Virus record (IMG/VR): IMGVR_UViG_3300030101_003608
Coordinates: 32,001 to 96,000 of that record
Source of the DNA: a virus
Direction: 5' to 3' (one strand)
Length of the DNA stretch: 64,000 nucleotides
Shown here: positions 48,251 to 57,938 of the stretch, one piece after another
How positions within the stretch are numbered: position 1 is the stretch's first letter
Layout: the number at the start of each line of letters is the position of its first letter
Program-made: the position numbers and the translations under genes
The notes under the pieces: generated by a model
Told to the model about the DNA's origin: nothing
Seen by the model: the letters and a program-made list of their open reading frames with translations, nothing else
Databases searched by the model: none

Positions 48251-48279
48251 AAAAAACCTAGATAATTAAATCTAGGTTC
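48251..48279 (-). terminator. Intrinsic terminator after the endolysin
   Basis: AACCTAGAT...TCTAGGTT hairpin with U-run on the minus strand. Confidence 0.7.
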
Positions 48280-48307
48280 TTTCATTTATTATGAACAAGA
48301 AATATTT

Positions 48308-49012
48308 TTACACTGTACCTTCAGCTTCTACTTGTTGAATCATTTCAAAGTGTATTTTAGCTACTCTATCTCTACCTTCTTCAGGTAAAAGGTATTTATG
48401 ACAGTTATCATAGTTAGTCATAAAAAAGTTTTCACTTAATATAGCTGGCATAGATGTATTTACTAATACATAAAAGTTTGATTCTTTATCAGGATCTCCA
48501 TCAGTAGTATCTTTTCTCATATACTCACCTTTAAATTCTCTCATAGATTTTTCAAATAATATTGTAGCAATATCATCTGATTTAGTTTTACCTGGAGAAG
48601 TATATACTGACCATCCATTAGCAGACTCTTTATCAAAACCATTAGCGTGTATGCTTACATATATACACTTTTTATCTGAGGATTTGGCTATACTGTTAGC
48701 TGATCTTACTCTGTCTCCCAAACTTACATCCTCTTGAGTATCTACAAGGTTAACGTAATCAATATTATTCTCTTTACAAAGCTTTACTAATCTATTTACT
48801 ATAGCTCTATTAAATTCTCCTTCATATAAAATAGATCCATCATCCCATACTGGAGATCTTTTACCAGAAGTTTGATAAACACCATCTATAATACCTCCGT
48901 GACCATTATCAAATAACCAAAGATATTTTGATTCTTGAGATCCGGAAGATTTGATTGATAAGTCAAATTGTGCATTACAATTTGGACAAGTTATAATTTT
49001 CTCCATAACCAT
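48308..49012 (-). CDS. Endolysin, N-acetylmuramoyl-L-alanine amidase (Amidase_3)
   Basis: LFDNGHGG, E, YVSIHAN, PAILSENFFMTN Zn-amidase motifs; N-terminal CPNC. Confidence 0.92.
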   Translation of the reverse strand: MVMEKIITCPNCNAQFDLSIKSSGSQESKYLWLFDNGHGGIIDGVYQTSGKRSPVWDDGSILYEGEFNRAIVNRLVKLCKENNIDYVNLVDTQEDVSLGDRVRSANSIAKSSDKKCIYVSIHANGFDKESANGWSVYTSPGKTKSDDIATILFEKSMREFKGEYMRKDTTDGDPDKESNFYVLVNTSMPAILSENFFMTNYDNCHKYLLPEEGRDRVAKIHFEMIQQVEAEGTV

Positions 49013-49083
49013 CTAATTAATGTAGGTAAAATGTACATTAGTAAAAATACAAAGCATATTGTTCCTAATGATATTACCCCATG

Positions 49084-49317
49084 TTATTTTCTTTTTCTAA
49101 TTTTAGTTAATTTGTCAATAGATGTTAAACCTAAAGAGCCAAATGCAAATAATGCTACTGCATCTACCAAATACTCGGCTGGTTTAATATCACCATGAGT
49201 AAATGTATTTGCTATTAGAGATGTTACTAGTGCTAGTACACATAATAATCCTCCTAATCTTTTAGATGAATAATGTCCTGTTTCATCACTTAATAATTCT
49301 TTAAAAAATGTTTTCAT
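49084..49317 (-). CDS. Holin-like two-TM protein, 77 aa
   Basis: SSKRL then two hydrophobic helices, basic C-terminus; adjacent to endolysin. Confidence 0.65.
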   Translation of the reverse strand: MKTFFKELLSDETGHYSSKRLGGLLCVLALVTSLIANTFTHGDIKPAEYLVDAVALFAFGSLGLTSIDKLTKIRKRK

Positions 49318-49769
49318 AATTTAGTTTTTAAAAATCTACATAGTCTATATATACCATATAGAATTATTAATATTAATGATAAATAAATTCCTTTATTTAT
49401 AAGTTGTTTCCATTTAGGTGTCTTTTCATAATACTTTACAGGAATTTTCTTTTCTATTATTTTTTCTACTGTTATGGTATCGCATTTACCACTAACATAT
49501 ACAGAATCATGTATAGTATCATGAAATATTTCAATTCTTAATCTTTCTTTTTCAATTATTAAAGTATCCTTTCTAATCTCAGTCCAAAAATGTTGAGTAA
49601 ATACTGTATCATGCTCTACTTTTTCTATAGTAAATTTTACAGTATCTATTACTTCTACACTATCTATAGTAAGTAAATAAGGGTGCTTTTCTACCAATCT
49701 GGTAAATCTAGCTTTTGGACTGCAAGCAACTAATACTAGCAGTAATACTACAAAGAACTTTTTTATCAT
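49314..49769 (-). CDS. Unimolecular spanin-like lipoprotein, 151 aa
   Basis: Lipobox LVAC after a signal peptide, beta-rich middle, C-terminal TM GIYLSLILIILYGIY; in the lysis cassette. Confidence 0.65.
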   Translation of the reverse strand: MIKKFFVVLLLVLVACSPKARFTRLVEKHPYLLTIDSVEVIDTVKFTIEKVEHDTVFTQHFWTEIRKDTLIIEKERLRIEIFHDTIHDSVYVSGKCDTITVEKIIEKKIPVKYYEKTPKWKQLINKGIYLSLILIILYGIYRLCRFLKTKL

Positions 49770-50059
49770 TTAGTTTTAATTGCATGAATAGCCTCAATAA
49801 TTTCTATCTTCATTTTAGCCATATCATCTCTTAAGTCAGCTATAGATTTTTCTTGCTTTTCTCTGTTTACTTCAACCTTATCTTTTACATCATCTATTCT
49901 TTTATGAACCACACCAACATCTTTACTTAAATTATTTAAAACCATTTGTTGTATTGCTACTTTATTTTTTAATGTAAACCAAACTGTTAATGCTCCCACT
50001 AAGGCTGATAGGATTGATAGCAGAGCATCAAAACCCACCTGCATACTTGAAATTTCCAT
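49766..50059 (-). CDS. Single-TM coiled-coil membrane protein (lysis accessory/holin-like), 97 aa
   Basis: N-terminal TM plus coiled coil. Confidence 0.5.
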   Translation of the reverse strand: MEISSMQVGFDALLSILSALVGALTVWFTLKNKVAIQQMVLNNLSKDVGVVHKRIDDVKDKVEVNREKQEKSIADLRDDMAKMKIEIIEAIHAIKTK

Positions 50060-50125
50060 TCTTTAATATTTTATACATAAATAACACTTATTATAATATA
50101 CGAAAATTATTTAAATTATGAAAAT

Positions 50126-51019
50126 TTACACAGGGAACTTATGTGAGTCAATACCTCTATGATAGATATCATTGCCTCCTTTTGTAGATCTTCTATATCT
50201 AATATTTAAGATTCTTCCTCCTACAGGTTTAATTGGGGCACCTCTTTCAACATGCCAACCTTTAGATCCATCACCATATTCTTCTTTATATGTACCTGTA
50301 AGCATCATATGAATTTGTCTTTGCTCTTGTCTATAACTATCTCTGCCTTGTAGCAGTTTATCCCTTACATCATTTCTAGCTGCATTCTCATGTATATGAC
50401 CCATAGTAAACACATCAAAGTCTTCATACATTTCTAAAGCTCTAGTAAGATTCAAGGCCCCTTTAGTTACAATACCTCCTCCACCAGATCCGTGAAAGTA
50501 TCTTATCTTCATAGTTCTTATTACACCACCTTTTTCTTTTGTGGTACCTCTAAGAATTTGATTCACAAGTATCCAACCTCCATAGCCACCTACTTGTACA
50601 TTAGTATTATTTTCATGATTTAGCATTTTAACAAATCTAGTAAGTATATCCGTTTCTTGCCATTTAATAATAGCTGTTTCATGATTACCATATCCTATTA
50701 CTGTAAGTAAATGAGAGTATGGTGACCACCATTCAACAGCAGTTTCCACAATACTATCTAAATATTTTGCATTATTATGTTCTGGTCTTATATCAGATTT
50801 GTTTTTTCTATTATCTCCTCTTCCCTGCATCAAGCAAAACATATCACCATTTATCATAATAGGAATAGACTCCTTTACACAGTAATCTAAATCTCTTTTT
50901 AATGTCTCCCAGTCACACTTTGGGTTATCCCAATGTATATCTGACAACATGGCAATCCTTGCATGTGTACCCTCAAGTTTAATCTCATGGATATTAGCAG
51001 CATGTGCTTTTATTTTCAT
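50126..51019 (-). CDS. Calcineurin-like metallophosphoesterase, 297 aa
   Basis: SDIH, NGD, GNHE, FHG, GHIH motifs. Confidence 0.88.
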   Translation of the reverse strand: MKIKAHAANIHEIKLEGTHARIAMLSDIHWDNPKCDWETLKRDLDYCVKESIPIMINGDMFCLMQGRGDNRKNKSDIRPEHNNAKYLDSIVETAVEWWSPYSHLLTVIGYGNHETAIIKWQETDILTRFVKMLNHENNTNVQVGGYGGWILVNQILRGTTKEKGGVIRTMKIRYFHGSGGGGIVTKGALNLTRALEMYEDFDVFTMGHIHENAARNDVRDKLLQGRDSYRQEQRQIHMMLTGTYKEEYGDGSKGWHVERGAPIKPVGGRILNIRYRRSTKGGNDIYHRGIDSHKFPV

Positions 51020-51039
51020 ATTTCTTTTTTTAATTTCTT

Positions 51040-51333
51040 CTACTCAGGTGGAGTAGGATCATACTTTTCAGAAGGACCTTGGAATTTACTATTTTCAGAT
51101 TCTACTGCATCTTTATAGTAATCTGCAATACCTACATCTTCATTTACAAATAATTCTAACTCATCTTCAGTTAAAAAAGCACTTATAGTAGGTTGACCAG
51201 TTACAACTTGTGTAATTCCTTGATCACCAGCATATCCAAATACTACAAGACCGGCTTCTCCTTGACCATTCATTACATAGAACCATCTATTAGGATTATT
51301 TTTTGTTATTTCATTTATACTAAACTGTGCCAT
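51040..51333 (-). CDS. Hypothetical protein, 97 aa
   Basis: ORF in operon. Confidence 0.6.
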   Translation of the reverse strand: MAQFSINEITKNNPNRWFYVMNGQGEAGLVVFGYAGDQGITQVVTGQPTISAFLTEDELELFVNEDVGIADYYKDAVESENSKFQGPSEKYDPTPPE

Positions 51334-51344
51334 ATCTTTTTATG

Positions 51345-53108
51345 TTATACTGATCCTCCATCTGATATTGTCCAACTATGATCTGCTATTAATGCTGTTC
51401 TTGCAGTATCTGCTGCACTTCCTGCAGTATATTGAGAAGCATTAACATTTAAAGTAACAGTATTACTATTTGTTGCCTCAAGCCTAACTAAAAGAGCATC
51501 ATAACTTGCTGTTGTCATTTTTCTTGTTGATCCACTTCCTACTAAACTTCCTATAGTTGTTAATGCTCCAAAGTCTGCAGATGCATCAAAAGTAAGAGTA
51601 GTAGGAGTAGTAGATATTTGGAAGAATGCACTTGACATATCAGTAACTCCACTAAAATCCATGTTGGAACCAAAAATAATACTTGATAAGCTAGATGCCT
51701 GTTTAAATGAATCTTTAAGACTAGTTAATGCATTTGTAGTAGTCATGTTAATATTTATTGCACTAACACCTTTTGTTATAAAGAAAGCAAGAAGAAAACT
51801 TGTACAAGCAGGATAGTTCCAGTTTAAAGTAATAGTACTTCCTGAAGCATATTGTGCTTCCCTAAATAATTCCTGTATGTTTCCTGTAGCACTAGGCATA
51901 GACCAAGCTGATACTGTAGGAGGAGGTCCTGCATCTACAGCTGCAAGACTGTATCCATTCCTATAAAAGAATTTGGCAAAAGTAGTTGTACATGCTGCCC
52001 AATTATTCCAACTTGGACCAAAATTATGGTTATCAAATTTAAGTTTTCTTGTATTAAAGAACATTTCCCTTGCATCAGTAACACTTGAAATATCTATTGT
52101 GCTTAATCCTGCTATTTCTTGAATATGTAGACAACCATAAAATGCTCTATACATGTCAGTAACATTAGATGTATCCCAATTTGTTACATTAATATTTTTT
52201 AAAGCACTAGAGTTGTATGCATAATATTGCATGTTATTAATTCCTGAAGTATTATTCCAAGTAGACATATCTAACTCAGTTACTCCAGCAAATGTTGGTG
52301 AACTAAATGCACCTGATTCATAGAAGAATCTTGCCAAACTAACTCCTGAAGCGTTTAATGTCCAATTACTTACATCTGAATTAGCTTTAACACAAGCTCT
52401 ATAAAACATTCTATAAAGAGTATTAGTCCCACTAAAATCTAAATTAGGTGCTGTTACTGTGCATCCACCCGCAGTTCTACCACAATGAGCCATAAAATCT
52501 TGGGTATTAGTCATATTACTAGTATCCCATCCTGTAAGGTTAATATTAGTACAGTCAAGAAAACCGTAAAGCATGCCTAAAGCATCCCCTGAAAAGTTTC
52601 CTGTATTTTGCCAATTAGATAAATCACAGCTAGTAAGGGCTGGTAAATTATAAAACATTTTCCTAGCTCTTGTATCTGTTAAACCTGATATATCAGGATA
52701 ATCTGTAGGCAAAGAATTTAAATTATCAAACCCAGTAAAAGCTTGATAAAAAGATTTCCATTGTATATTACCCCACTGAACTATTTTAGTTAGATAATCT
52801 TTCCAACCTCCTGATATTGTTCCATACTCAAATCCAGAAAAATCACCACTTATTTTAACTAGATAGGTTCCTGTAGAAGAGTAAGTGTGAGAACCTCCAT
52901 TATAAGTAGTTACTGTATCTATAGTACCATCTCCCCAATCTACATCATAATTATAAGTACCTATAGCTCTTCCTCTTAGCTGAAAAGCAGATGTTCCTGT
53001 AACAGTAAGCTCCATTATAAATCCATCAAAAGAAGAAGTTGCTGGAGGTACAATATGAGTATGTATACCTACCCCTAGACTACCATGAGTGTTAATTGAA
53101 ACAGGCAT
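51345..53108 (-). CDS. PKD-like + DUF285/BspA-type repeat protein, 587 aa
   Basis: YDVDWGDG; repeated W(D)TSNVTDM..(A/M)F units. Confidence 0.8.
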   Translation of the reverse strand: MPVSINTHGSLGVGIHTHIVPPATSSFDGFIMELTVTGTSAFQLRGRAIGTYNYDVDWGDGTIDTVTTYNGGSHTYSSTGTYLVKISGDFSGFEYGTISGGWKDYLTKIVQWGNIQWKSFYQAFTGFDNLNSLPTDYPDISGLTDTRARKMFYNLPALTSCDLSNWQNTGNFSGDALGMLYGFLDCTNINLTGWDTSNMTNTQDFMAHCGRTAGGCTVTAPNLDFSGTNTLYRMFYRACVKANSDVSNWTLNASGVSLARFFYESGAFSSPTFAGVTELDMSTWNNTSGINNMQYYAYNSSALKNINVTNWDTSNVTDMYRAFYGCLHIQEIAGLSTIDISSVTDAREMFFNTRKLKFDNHNFGPSWNNWAACTTTFAKFFYRNGYSLAAVDAGPPPTVSAWSMPSATGNIQELFREAQYASGSTITLNWNYPACTSFLLAFFITKGVSAININMTTTNALTSLKDSFKQASSLSSIIFGSNMDFSGVTDMSSAFFQISTTPTTLTFDASADFGALTTIGSLVGSGSTRKMTTASYDALLVRLEATNSNTVTLNVNASQYTAGSAADTARTALIADHSWTISDGGSV

Positions 53109-53111
53109 GGC

Positions 53112-53837
53112 TTATGCTACATATATTATCAAAAGATCTCCTGCATTTCCACCTGATATATCAGCATCATAATCAAAGGTGTTTCCAGCAAATTTATTCA
53201 TATTGCCACCTGCATCAAAATTTACAGTTTCTCCTTGTTTAAGAACTACTCCTAAAACATTTGCATCTCCTGCAGCTGCATTATAAAAAGATACAGACTT
53301 CATGGGAGCAGCAATTGTTACTAGACCTGAAGCAGTTGCTCTTAACATTGCAGGCATTGCTGAAGTATCATTAAGAGAACTAGTATCATCCTCTATAGCT
53401 GTAGTATTAGTAGCTGTAGTTGCAGCCGATGTAGCAATAGCAGTTGTATCAACTTCTATTTCAGTATTTTTTGTTAAGATCTCTGCTAATGTAGCCTCTG
53501 TAGCATCACCTGCTTCTAGATAAGTAACTGTACAGCCTGCAAAATCTACAGCTGGATACGCAGTATTACTTCCTGGAAGATAGTAGCTTACATTAGTAAA
53601 GCCTCCAGTTACAGTATCCCAAGTTCTAACCTCTAAATAAAGTTTTACTCCTGCATGAGGTGCTGGAGGTACAATTGGGTCTGGACAATCAATATTAACC
53701 AACTGAGCTTCATACTCTGATCCATTAGCTGTACTATTAATTACATCAATGATGCCTTGCAAGCCTTTAAGCATTTTATATTGCCAAGGCCAATTAGTAC
53801 CTTTACCTCCATCTGTTTTTAAATTTCCTATTGACAT
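53112..53837 (-). CDS. Putative virion accessory protein, 241 aa
   Basis: ATEATL motif, A/T-rich coiled segment, beta-rich C-terminus. Confidence 0.5.
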   Translation of the reverse strand: MSIGNLKTDGGKGTNWPWQYKMLKGLQGIIDVINSTANGSEYEAQLVNIDCPDPIVPPAPHAGVKLYLEVRTWDTVTGGFTNVSYYLPGSNTAYPAVDFAGCTVTYLEAGDATEATLAEILTKNTEIEVDTTAIATSAATTATNTTAIEDDTSSLNDTSAMPAMLRATASGLVTIAAPMKSVSFYNAAAGDANVLGVVLKQGETVNFDAGGNMNKFAGNTFDYDADISGGNAGDLLIIYVA

Positions 53838-53848
53838 ATTTTTATTTT

Positions 53849-54781
53849 TTAATAAATTTTAGCACCTACGTTGAATGCTTCTTGAGCTGCTCCACCAGCA
53901 TTTACAGCTGTTATGACTAAGTATTGATCTATTGTCCAATCAATTGCAAAAGTATCAATAGAATCTGATGTTTGAAAAGAAGAACCATTTTGAGTTTGAG
54001 AATCTGAATCTTGATAAGATGTAAATGTAGGTTCAACATAAAAATCTCTACTTACCGTCATTCCTCTAGAAGTTGCATTCATTTTATGAGTAGCAATTCT
54101 CTCATAGTTGACTCCAATTACACCTGATAAAGTTGTTGAATCTGAAATATACATTTTTACAGAACATACAGCTCCTGGAAAAATTACACCTTTATAAAAA
54201 AATGCTTTATAACTCCAAACATCACCTGCAGAAAACGTATTAGCTGGAATAAGTATGTAATTTAAAATAACTTGTGTTATACTAGCGCCTGTACCTGCTC
54301 TGTTAACTACAGAAGCACTAAAACCTGATCCAGGAACTCCTTGTATTCCCTGTAAACCTTGTAATGCTAAAAAATTCCAGTTAGCAGTATCTACAGATGG
54401 ATCAGAACCACCTGAGCCAACAGCATTAATGCACACATAACTAGATCCACTAAAAAATGCTACGTCATCTTGAGCATAAGCATTGGTTGTATCCCAGTTA
54501 CCTGTAAAGTTTAATCCTGCTGCACCTACTGCACCTGGTACACCTTGAATACCTTGAGGTCCTTGTGCACCTGCAGGTCCTGTAGCACCAGGAGGTCCTT
54601 GAGGAGCATTTAAAGCAATCTGCGTTTCAAGATCTTTAAATGTAATAGCAGTATCTTGATATTCAGACTTATTAACAGCATCTCTTGTACCAACAGGTAT
54701 CATATCATTATCCTCAAGAGTGCTCTTCACCCTCCCATTTTTAATGATGTTAAAAAAGTTACTTATGTTTCTTAATGACAT
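53849..54781 (-). CDS. Collagen-repeat fibre protein with a CBM5/12-like module, 310 aa
   Basis: G-X-Y repeats; FTGNWDTTNAYAQDDVAFFSGSSYVC...W. Confidence 0.75.
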   Translation of the reverse strand: MSLRNISNFFNIIKNGRVKSTLEDNDMIPVGTRDAVNKSEYQDTAITFKDLETQIALNAPQGPPGATGPAGAQGPQGIQGVPGAVGAAGLNFTGNWDTTNAYAQDDVAFFSGSSYVCINAVGSGGSDPSVDTANWNFLALQGLQGIQGVPGSGFSASVVNRAGTGASITQVILNYILIPANTFSAGDVWSYKAFFYKGVIFPGAVCSVKMYISDSTTLSGVIGVNYERIATHKMNATSRGMTVSRDFYVEPTFTSYQDSDSQTQNGSSFQTSDSIDTFAIDWTIDQYLVITAVNAGGAAQEAFNVGAKIY

Positions 54782-54791
54782 TTTTTAAATA

Positions 54792-55004
54792 TTAATCATG
54801 CACAATATGCAATTCACTAGTACCAGTCTTTCTAAAAAAGTCTCCTTTTTTAAGACCAGCAGCTTTAGCTGCCGCATTATTAGCATATTCATTATTGTTC
54901 ATTTGGTGTAACATATGATTAATGTGTCCAAATTTAGTTTGACCCATATCATTATTTTCAGTTAAGTATGGATCTGGTGATTCTATTATAAATTTTTCTG
55001 GCAT
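54792..55004 (-). CDS. Hypothetical virion-type protein, 70 aa
   Basis: YANNAAAKAAGLKKGDFFR motif. Confidence 0.6.
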   Translation of the reverse strand: MPEKFIIESPDPYLTENNDMGQTKFGHINHMLHQMNNNEYANNAAAKAAGLKKGDFFRKTGTSELHIVHD

Positions 55005-55024
55005 AATTCTTATTTTAAATTAGT

Positions 55025-55732
55025 TTATCCTTCTACTTTATTTTGAGCACTAGTTGCAAGTGCGGCATCTATAGCCAGTCTTCTTTCTTCTTCTTGTGCT
55101 CTATCACGAGTAATTTGATTAAGTTTGATCTCTATATCGCTTGGGATATCTCCTATTAGATATGTTTCAGGTTCTTCTCCTGGTTTAGAAGTTACAGGAA
55201 GTACAAGTATTGTTTCTGTATAAAAAGCAGGAGGAGGAGCATCTATACTAGGAGATGCTACTATTTTTAATGTAGTTGCCTCAAGATTAGCAGCAGGCCA
55301 ATCTTCTCCCTCAAAAAGATCTCTTGTATCAAGTACACCATTACCAATAGCTGCACTTGTAATTACATTTTGACTATTCTCATCTTCTGCACACTCTGCA
55401 GGAATTTCTACACCCACTACTTCATCAAGAAATTGTGCAGCTGAAGGCTCTTCAAAACCTGCAGCAAGTATAGCATCTTTCCACTGACATGCTGTATTAG
55501 CAGAATCATTCTCTTGCCATGTTGGATATGCTGTATCCATTGGTGCAAGTATAACTGATGTCTCTGGTGGCTCTTCTACATTCCACAAGTTAAAACTTTC
55601 TATAAGAGTTACTGGATCAAATTCTTGATAGGTTGTTCCAGGCTTTTGGTAAAACGCAGATACTTCCATGTATCCAGTAGCTAAACCACTAAGTAATGTA
55701 CCTGCTTTATTAAATATTTTTATTTTTGACAT
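55025..55732 (-). CDS. Hypothetical acidic protein, 235 aa
   Basis: ORF in operon. Confidence 0.6.
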   Translation of the reverse strand: MSKIKIFNKAGTLLSGLATGYMEVSAFYQKPGTTYQEFDPVTLIESFNLWNVEEPPETSVILAPMDTAYPTWQENDSANTACQWKDAILAAGFEEPSAAQFLDEVVGVEIPAECAEDENSQNVITSAAIGNGVLDTRDLFEGEDWPAANLEATTLKIVASPSIDAPPPAFYTETILVLPVTSKPGEEPETYLIGDIPSDIEIKLNQITRDRAQEEERRLAIDAALATSAQNKVEG

Positions 55733-55756
55733 GATATTTTATTTAAACTTTTAATT

Positions 55757-56362
55757 TTAATTTACTTCTAATTCAACAGTTGCTCCTTTTACTACAGCAA
55801 ACTTAAAGTCAAGATGTACTGTTGCTTCCCACTGAGCTGCATGTAAACCGACAACCTTTACAAGATTTTCTGTAACAGGTAAAGAATTGTTAAATACTGT
55901 AAGATACATTAGTGTTCCTACAGCAGTTGCATTTGTACCAACATCTGTAATTAATGTGCCTGCATTAGCTAGTGGTGTACGATCTACTGTAACTCCTTGA
56001 TCTAAAGCAGATATTAAACTAGAATCTTCAATAAGTTTTATTGCTTGACCTTCTGAAACATTTATTGTCCCCATTCCTTGAACAATCTCATAATTTCCTG
56101 CTCCATTTAATGTAGGGATTAATAACTTTTCTCCTTGATATTTCCAAACATCATGTTCAACTCCATCTACAACATATGATTCATTCTCACACTTTTGAAT
56201 GAAGCAAGCTCCATCGGTAGTTCCTGAAACAAGTTTTGAAGTAGTTCTTAAACCAAGATCTCTAAGAAAAAAGTCTATGCTTGTATTTAAATATTGCCAA
56301 AGTTGCGTTCTTTTAGAAGCAAACTCTTTTAAAATTTTTGCTCTGTATTCTGATAATGCCAT
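55757..56362 (-). CDS. Hypothetical protein, 201 aa (start revised to MALSEYR at 56362)
   Basis: The track's extension runs through promoter/terminator DNA; A-rich leader before ATG 56362. Confidence 0.65.
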   Translation of the reverse strand: MALSEYRAKILKEFASKRTQLWQYLNTSIDFFLRDLGLRTTSKLVSGTTDGACFIQKCENESYVVDGVEHDVWKYQGEKLLIPTLNGAGNYEIVQGMGTINVSEGQAIKLIEDSSLISALDQGVTVDRTPLANAGTLITDVGTNATAVGTLMYLTVFNNSLPVTENLVKVVGLHAAQWEATVHLDFKFAVVKGATVELEVN

Positions 56363-56429
56363 TTTTTTGTTTTTGATAAATATACATTTATAATATAATA
56401 AAAAATTATGTAATATAAAAGTATAGATC

Positions 56430-56464
56430 AAAAAAAGACCCTTTAGCAGATAAACTTAAGGGTC
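56430..56464 (-). terminator. Intrinsic terminator
   Basis: GACCCTT...AAGGGTC followed by a U-run on the minus strand. Confidence 0.7.
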
Positions 56465-56500
56465 ATAAACAATATCTTGGGAGGTGGTTAAGATATTGTT

Positions 56501-56872
56501 TTAGTATAAACTTTTATAAAATATAGTAAAGCTGATTCCGTAAATTACTCTTGCAATTATTACATGTAGTAGTACAGGCCAAAAACCGCAATAGTTATAT
56601 GCTAAGAAAAATATAGCAATAAATAAAAATAGATTTCTTAACAGTTTAAATAAATGCCATGCATCAGTTATTCCTACAAAGAAGGTAGTGCTTCCCCAAA
56701 ACTTTGGACCTGCACCAGGTTCACCACCCTTATACTTATTCTTCCAAGATATTGATGGATCCCAAAATTCTGAATCAAACTTGCTAAATATACTACTTGA
56801 ATAGTGAAATTGTATTGTGTCCATTACTGCTTCAGCAAGACCCGCAAGTGCCATAAATATAATATACATCAT
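56501..56872 (-). CDS. Membrane protein, 123 aa
   Basis: Hydrophobic helices; FWDPSISWKNKY...TDAWHLFK. Confidence 0.7.
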   Translation of the reverse strand: MMYIIFMALAGLAEAVMDTIQFHYSSSIFSKFDSEFWDPSISWKNKYKGGEPGAGPKFWGSTTFFVGITDAWHLFKLLRNLFLFIAIFFLAYNYCGFWPVLLHVIIARVIYGISFTIFYKSLY

Positions 56873-57075
56873 TTGTTACTTTTTTTCCAATGAAGGATTC
56901 CACCAATTAAAGCTCCTATAGATGCAATACCTACAACTATCTTTAAATACCAACTATCTAAATAATTTGTACATGTAATAAAATACACATACGCTATTGT
57001 CATACATAGTGCAAAAAGTATTTGTAAAATATCTAAAACTTTAAATGCTTTTGGTTTTTTATTATTTAAACTCAT
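56869..57075 (-). CDS. Small 2-TM membrane protein, 68 aa
   Basis: Two hydrophobic helices. Confidence 0.65.
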   Translation of the reverse strand: MSLNNKKPKAFKVLDILQILFALCMTIAYVYFITCTNYLDSWYLKIVVGIASIGALIGGILHWKKSNK

Positions 57076-57080
57076 AATAT

Positions 57081-57284
57081 TTAACTTTTAAAAATGTAAT
57101 TATAAAGACCATATAAAATTAAAAGACAACCAAAATACCCTATATAACCCATTAACCTACCCTCTTTATCTACATGACGCTCCTGAGTAACAGGGTCAAT
57201 AAAATCTTTTGTCAATGCCATAGATAGTATTGCTAAAATAAATGCAGCTACAATAGTAAATGTAGTTATTAGTACTTTAATCAT
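57081..57284 (-). CDS. Small 2-TM membrane protein, 67 aa
   Basis: Two hydrophobic helices. Confidence 0.65.
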   Translation of the reverse strand: MIKVLITTFTIVAAFILAILSMALTKDFIDPVTQERHVDKEGRLMGYIGYFGCLLILYGLYNYIFKS

Positions 57285-57616
57285 AACGTTTCTATTCTTT
57301 TTTGTAAATACAATAATGCTTTTTGTAATTCCTTTTTTTGTTTGGCCTTATCTCCTCTTCTAGATTTTACCACATACTTAATTACATTACCTAAATAAAA
57401 ATCCTTATCAAGATTCCAAGATTCTAATGCCTTAAATACTTCATAAGGATTATCTTTACTTACAGACATGCATTCAGTTTTAAAATTTATATTGTAATCT
57501 GTCAATGAAGGTTTTCTTATTTCATCGTTAATTATACCCTTACACATACTATCATATGGAGTTGTATTATGATGCATATTATTATACCAGTCATTTGATG
57601 ATTCTTTTATTCCCAT
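57281..57616 (-). CDS. DUF3310-like protein, 111 aa
   Basis: FYLGNVIKYV...K..ELQKALLYL signature. Confidence 0.7.
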   Translation of the reverse strand: MGIKESSNDWYNNMHHNTTPYDSMCKGIINDEIRKPSLTDYNINFKTECMSVSKDNPYEVFKALESWNLDKDFYLGNVIKYVVKSRRGDKAKQKKELQKALLYLQKRIETL

Positions 57617-57906
57617 ACCATTATAATATCATGAATTAACACCATCATCTTTAACTTACCGTCCATATCTATAATCTCAGCATTGTGAAGAGCACCAGTG
57701 CGGACATATACTTTATCCCCCTCCTTAAGATCATTAACTTCTGTTCCCACTGCAAAGACATTAAGATGAGTCCACTCTTTCATTAACTCCTTCTCTTGTT
57801 CTTTCTCCATGTCATCAGTAAGTATAAGATCTAACTTACCTTCTTCTTTCTTTTTCTCAGGCTTATCTAACATAACCCTGTTTCCTCTCAATATAAATTT
57901 ATTCAT
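57607..57906 (-). CDS. groES: GroES/Cpn10-like co-chaperonin, 99 aa (start revised to ATG 57906)
   Basis: LRGNRVML...VFAVG...LKEGDKVY...DG...HDII pattern. Confidence 0.7.
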   Translation of the reverse strand: MNKFILRGNRVMLDKPEKKKEEGKLDLILTDDMEKEQEKELMKEWTHLNVFAVGTEVNDLKEGDKVYVRTGALHNAEIIDMDGKLKMMVLIHDIIMVWE

Positions 57907-57938
57907 TTCTTTGTTGGTTTTGAACAAATATAGTAAAA

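Noticed and set aside
24889-54781. Diversity-generating retroelement targeting fibre genes
   Set aside because: No reverse transcriptase and no TR/VR pair differing only at adenines was seen
47921-57927. Track start codons at 48214, 56431 and 57927
   Set aside because: They fall in promoter or terminator DNA; downstream ATGs at 48190, 56362 and 57906 have typical A-rich leaders
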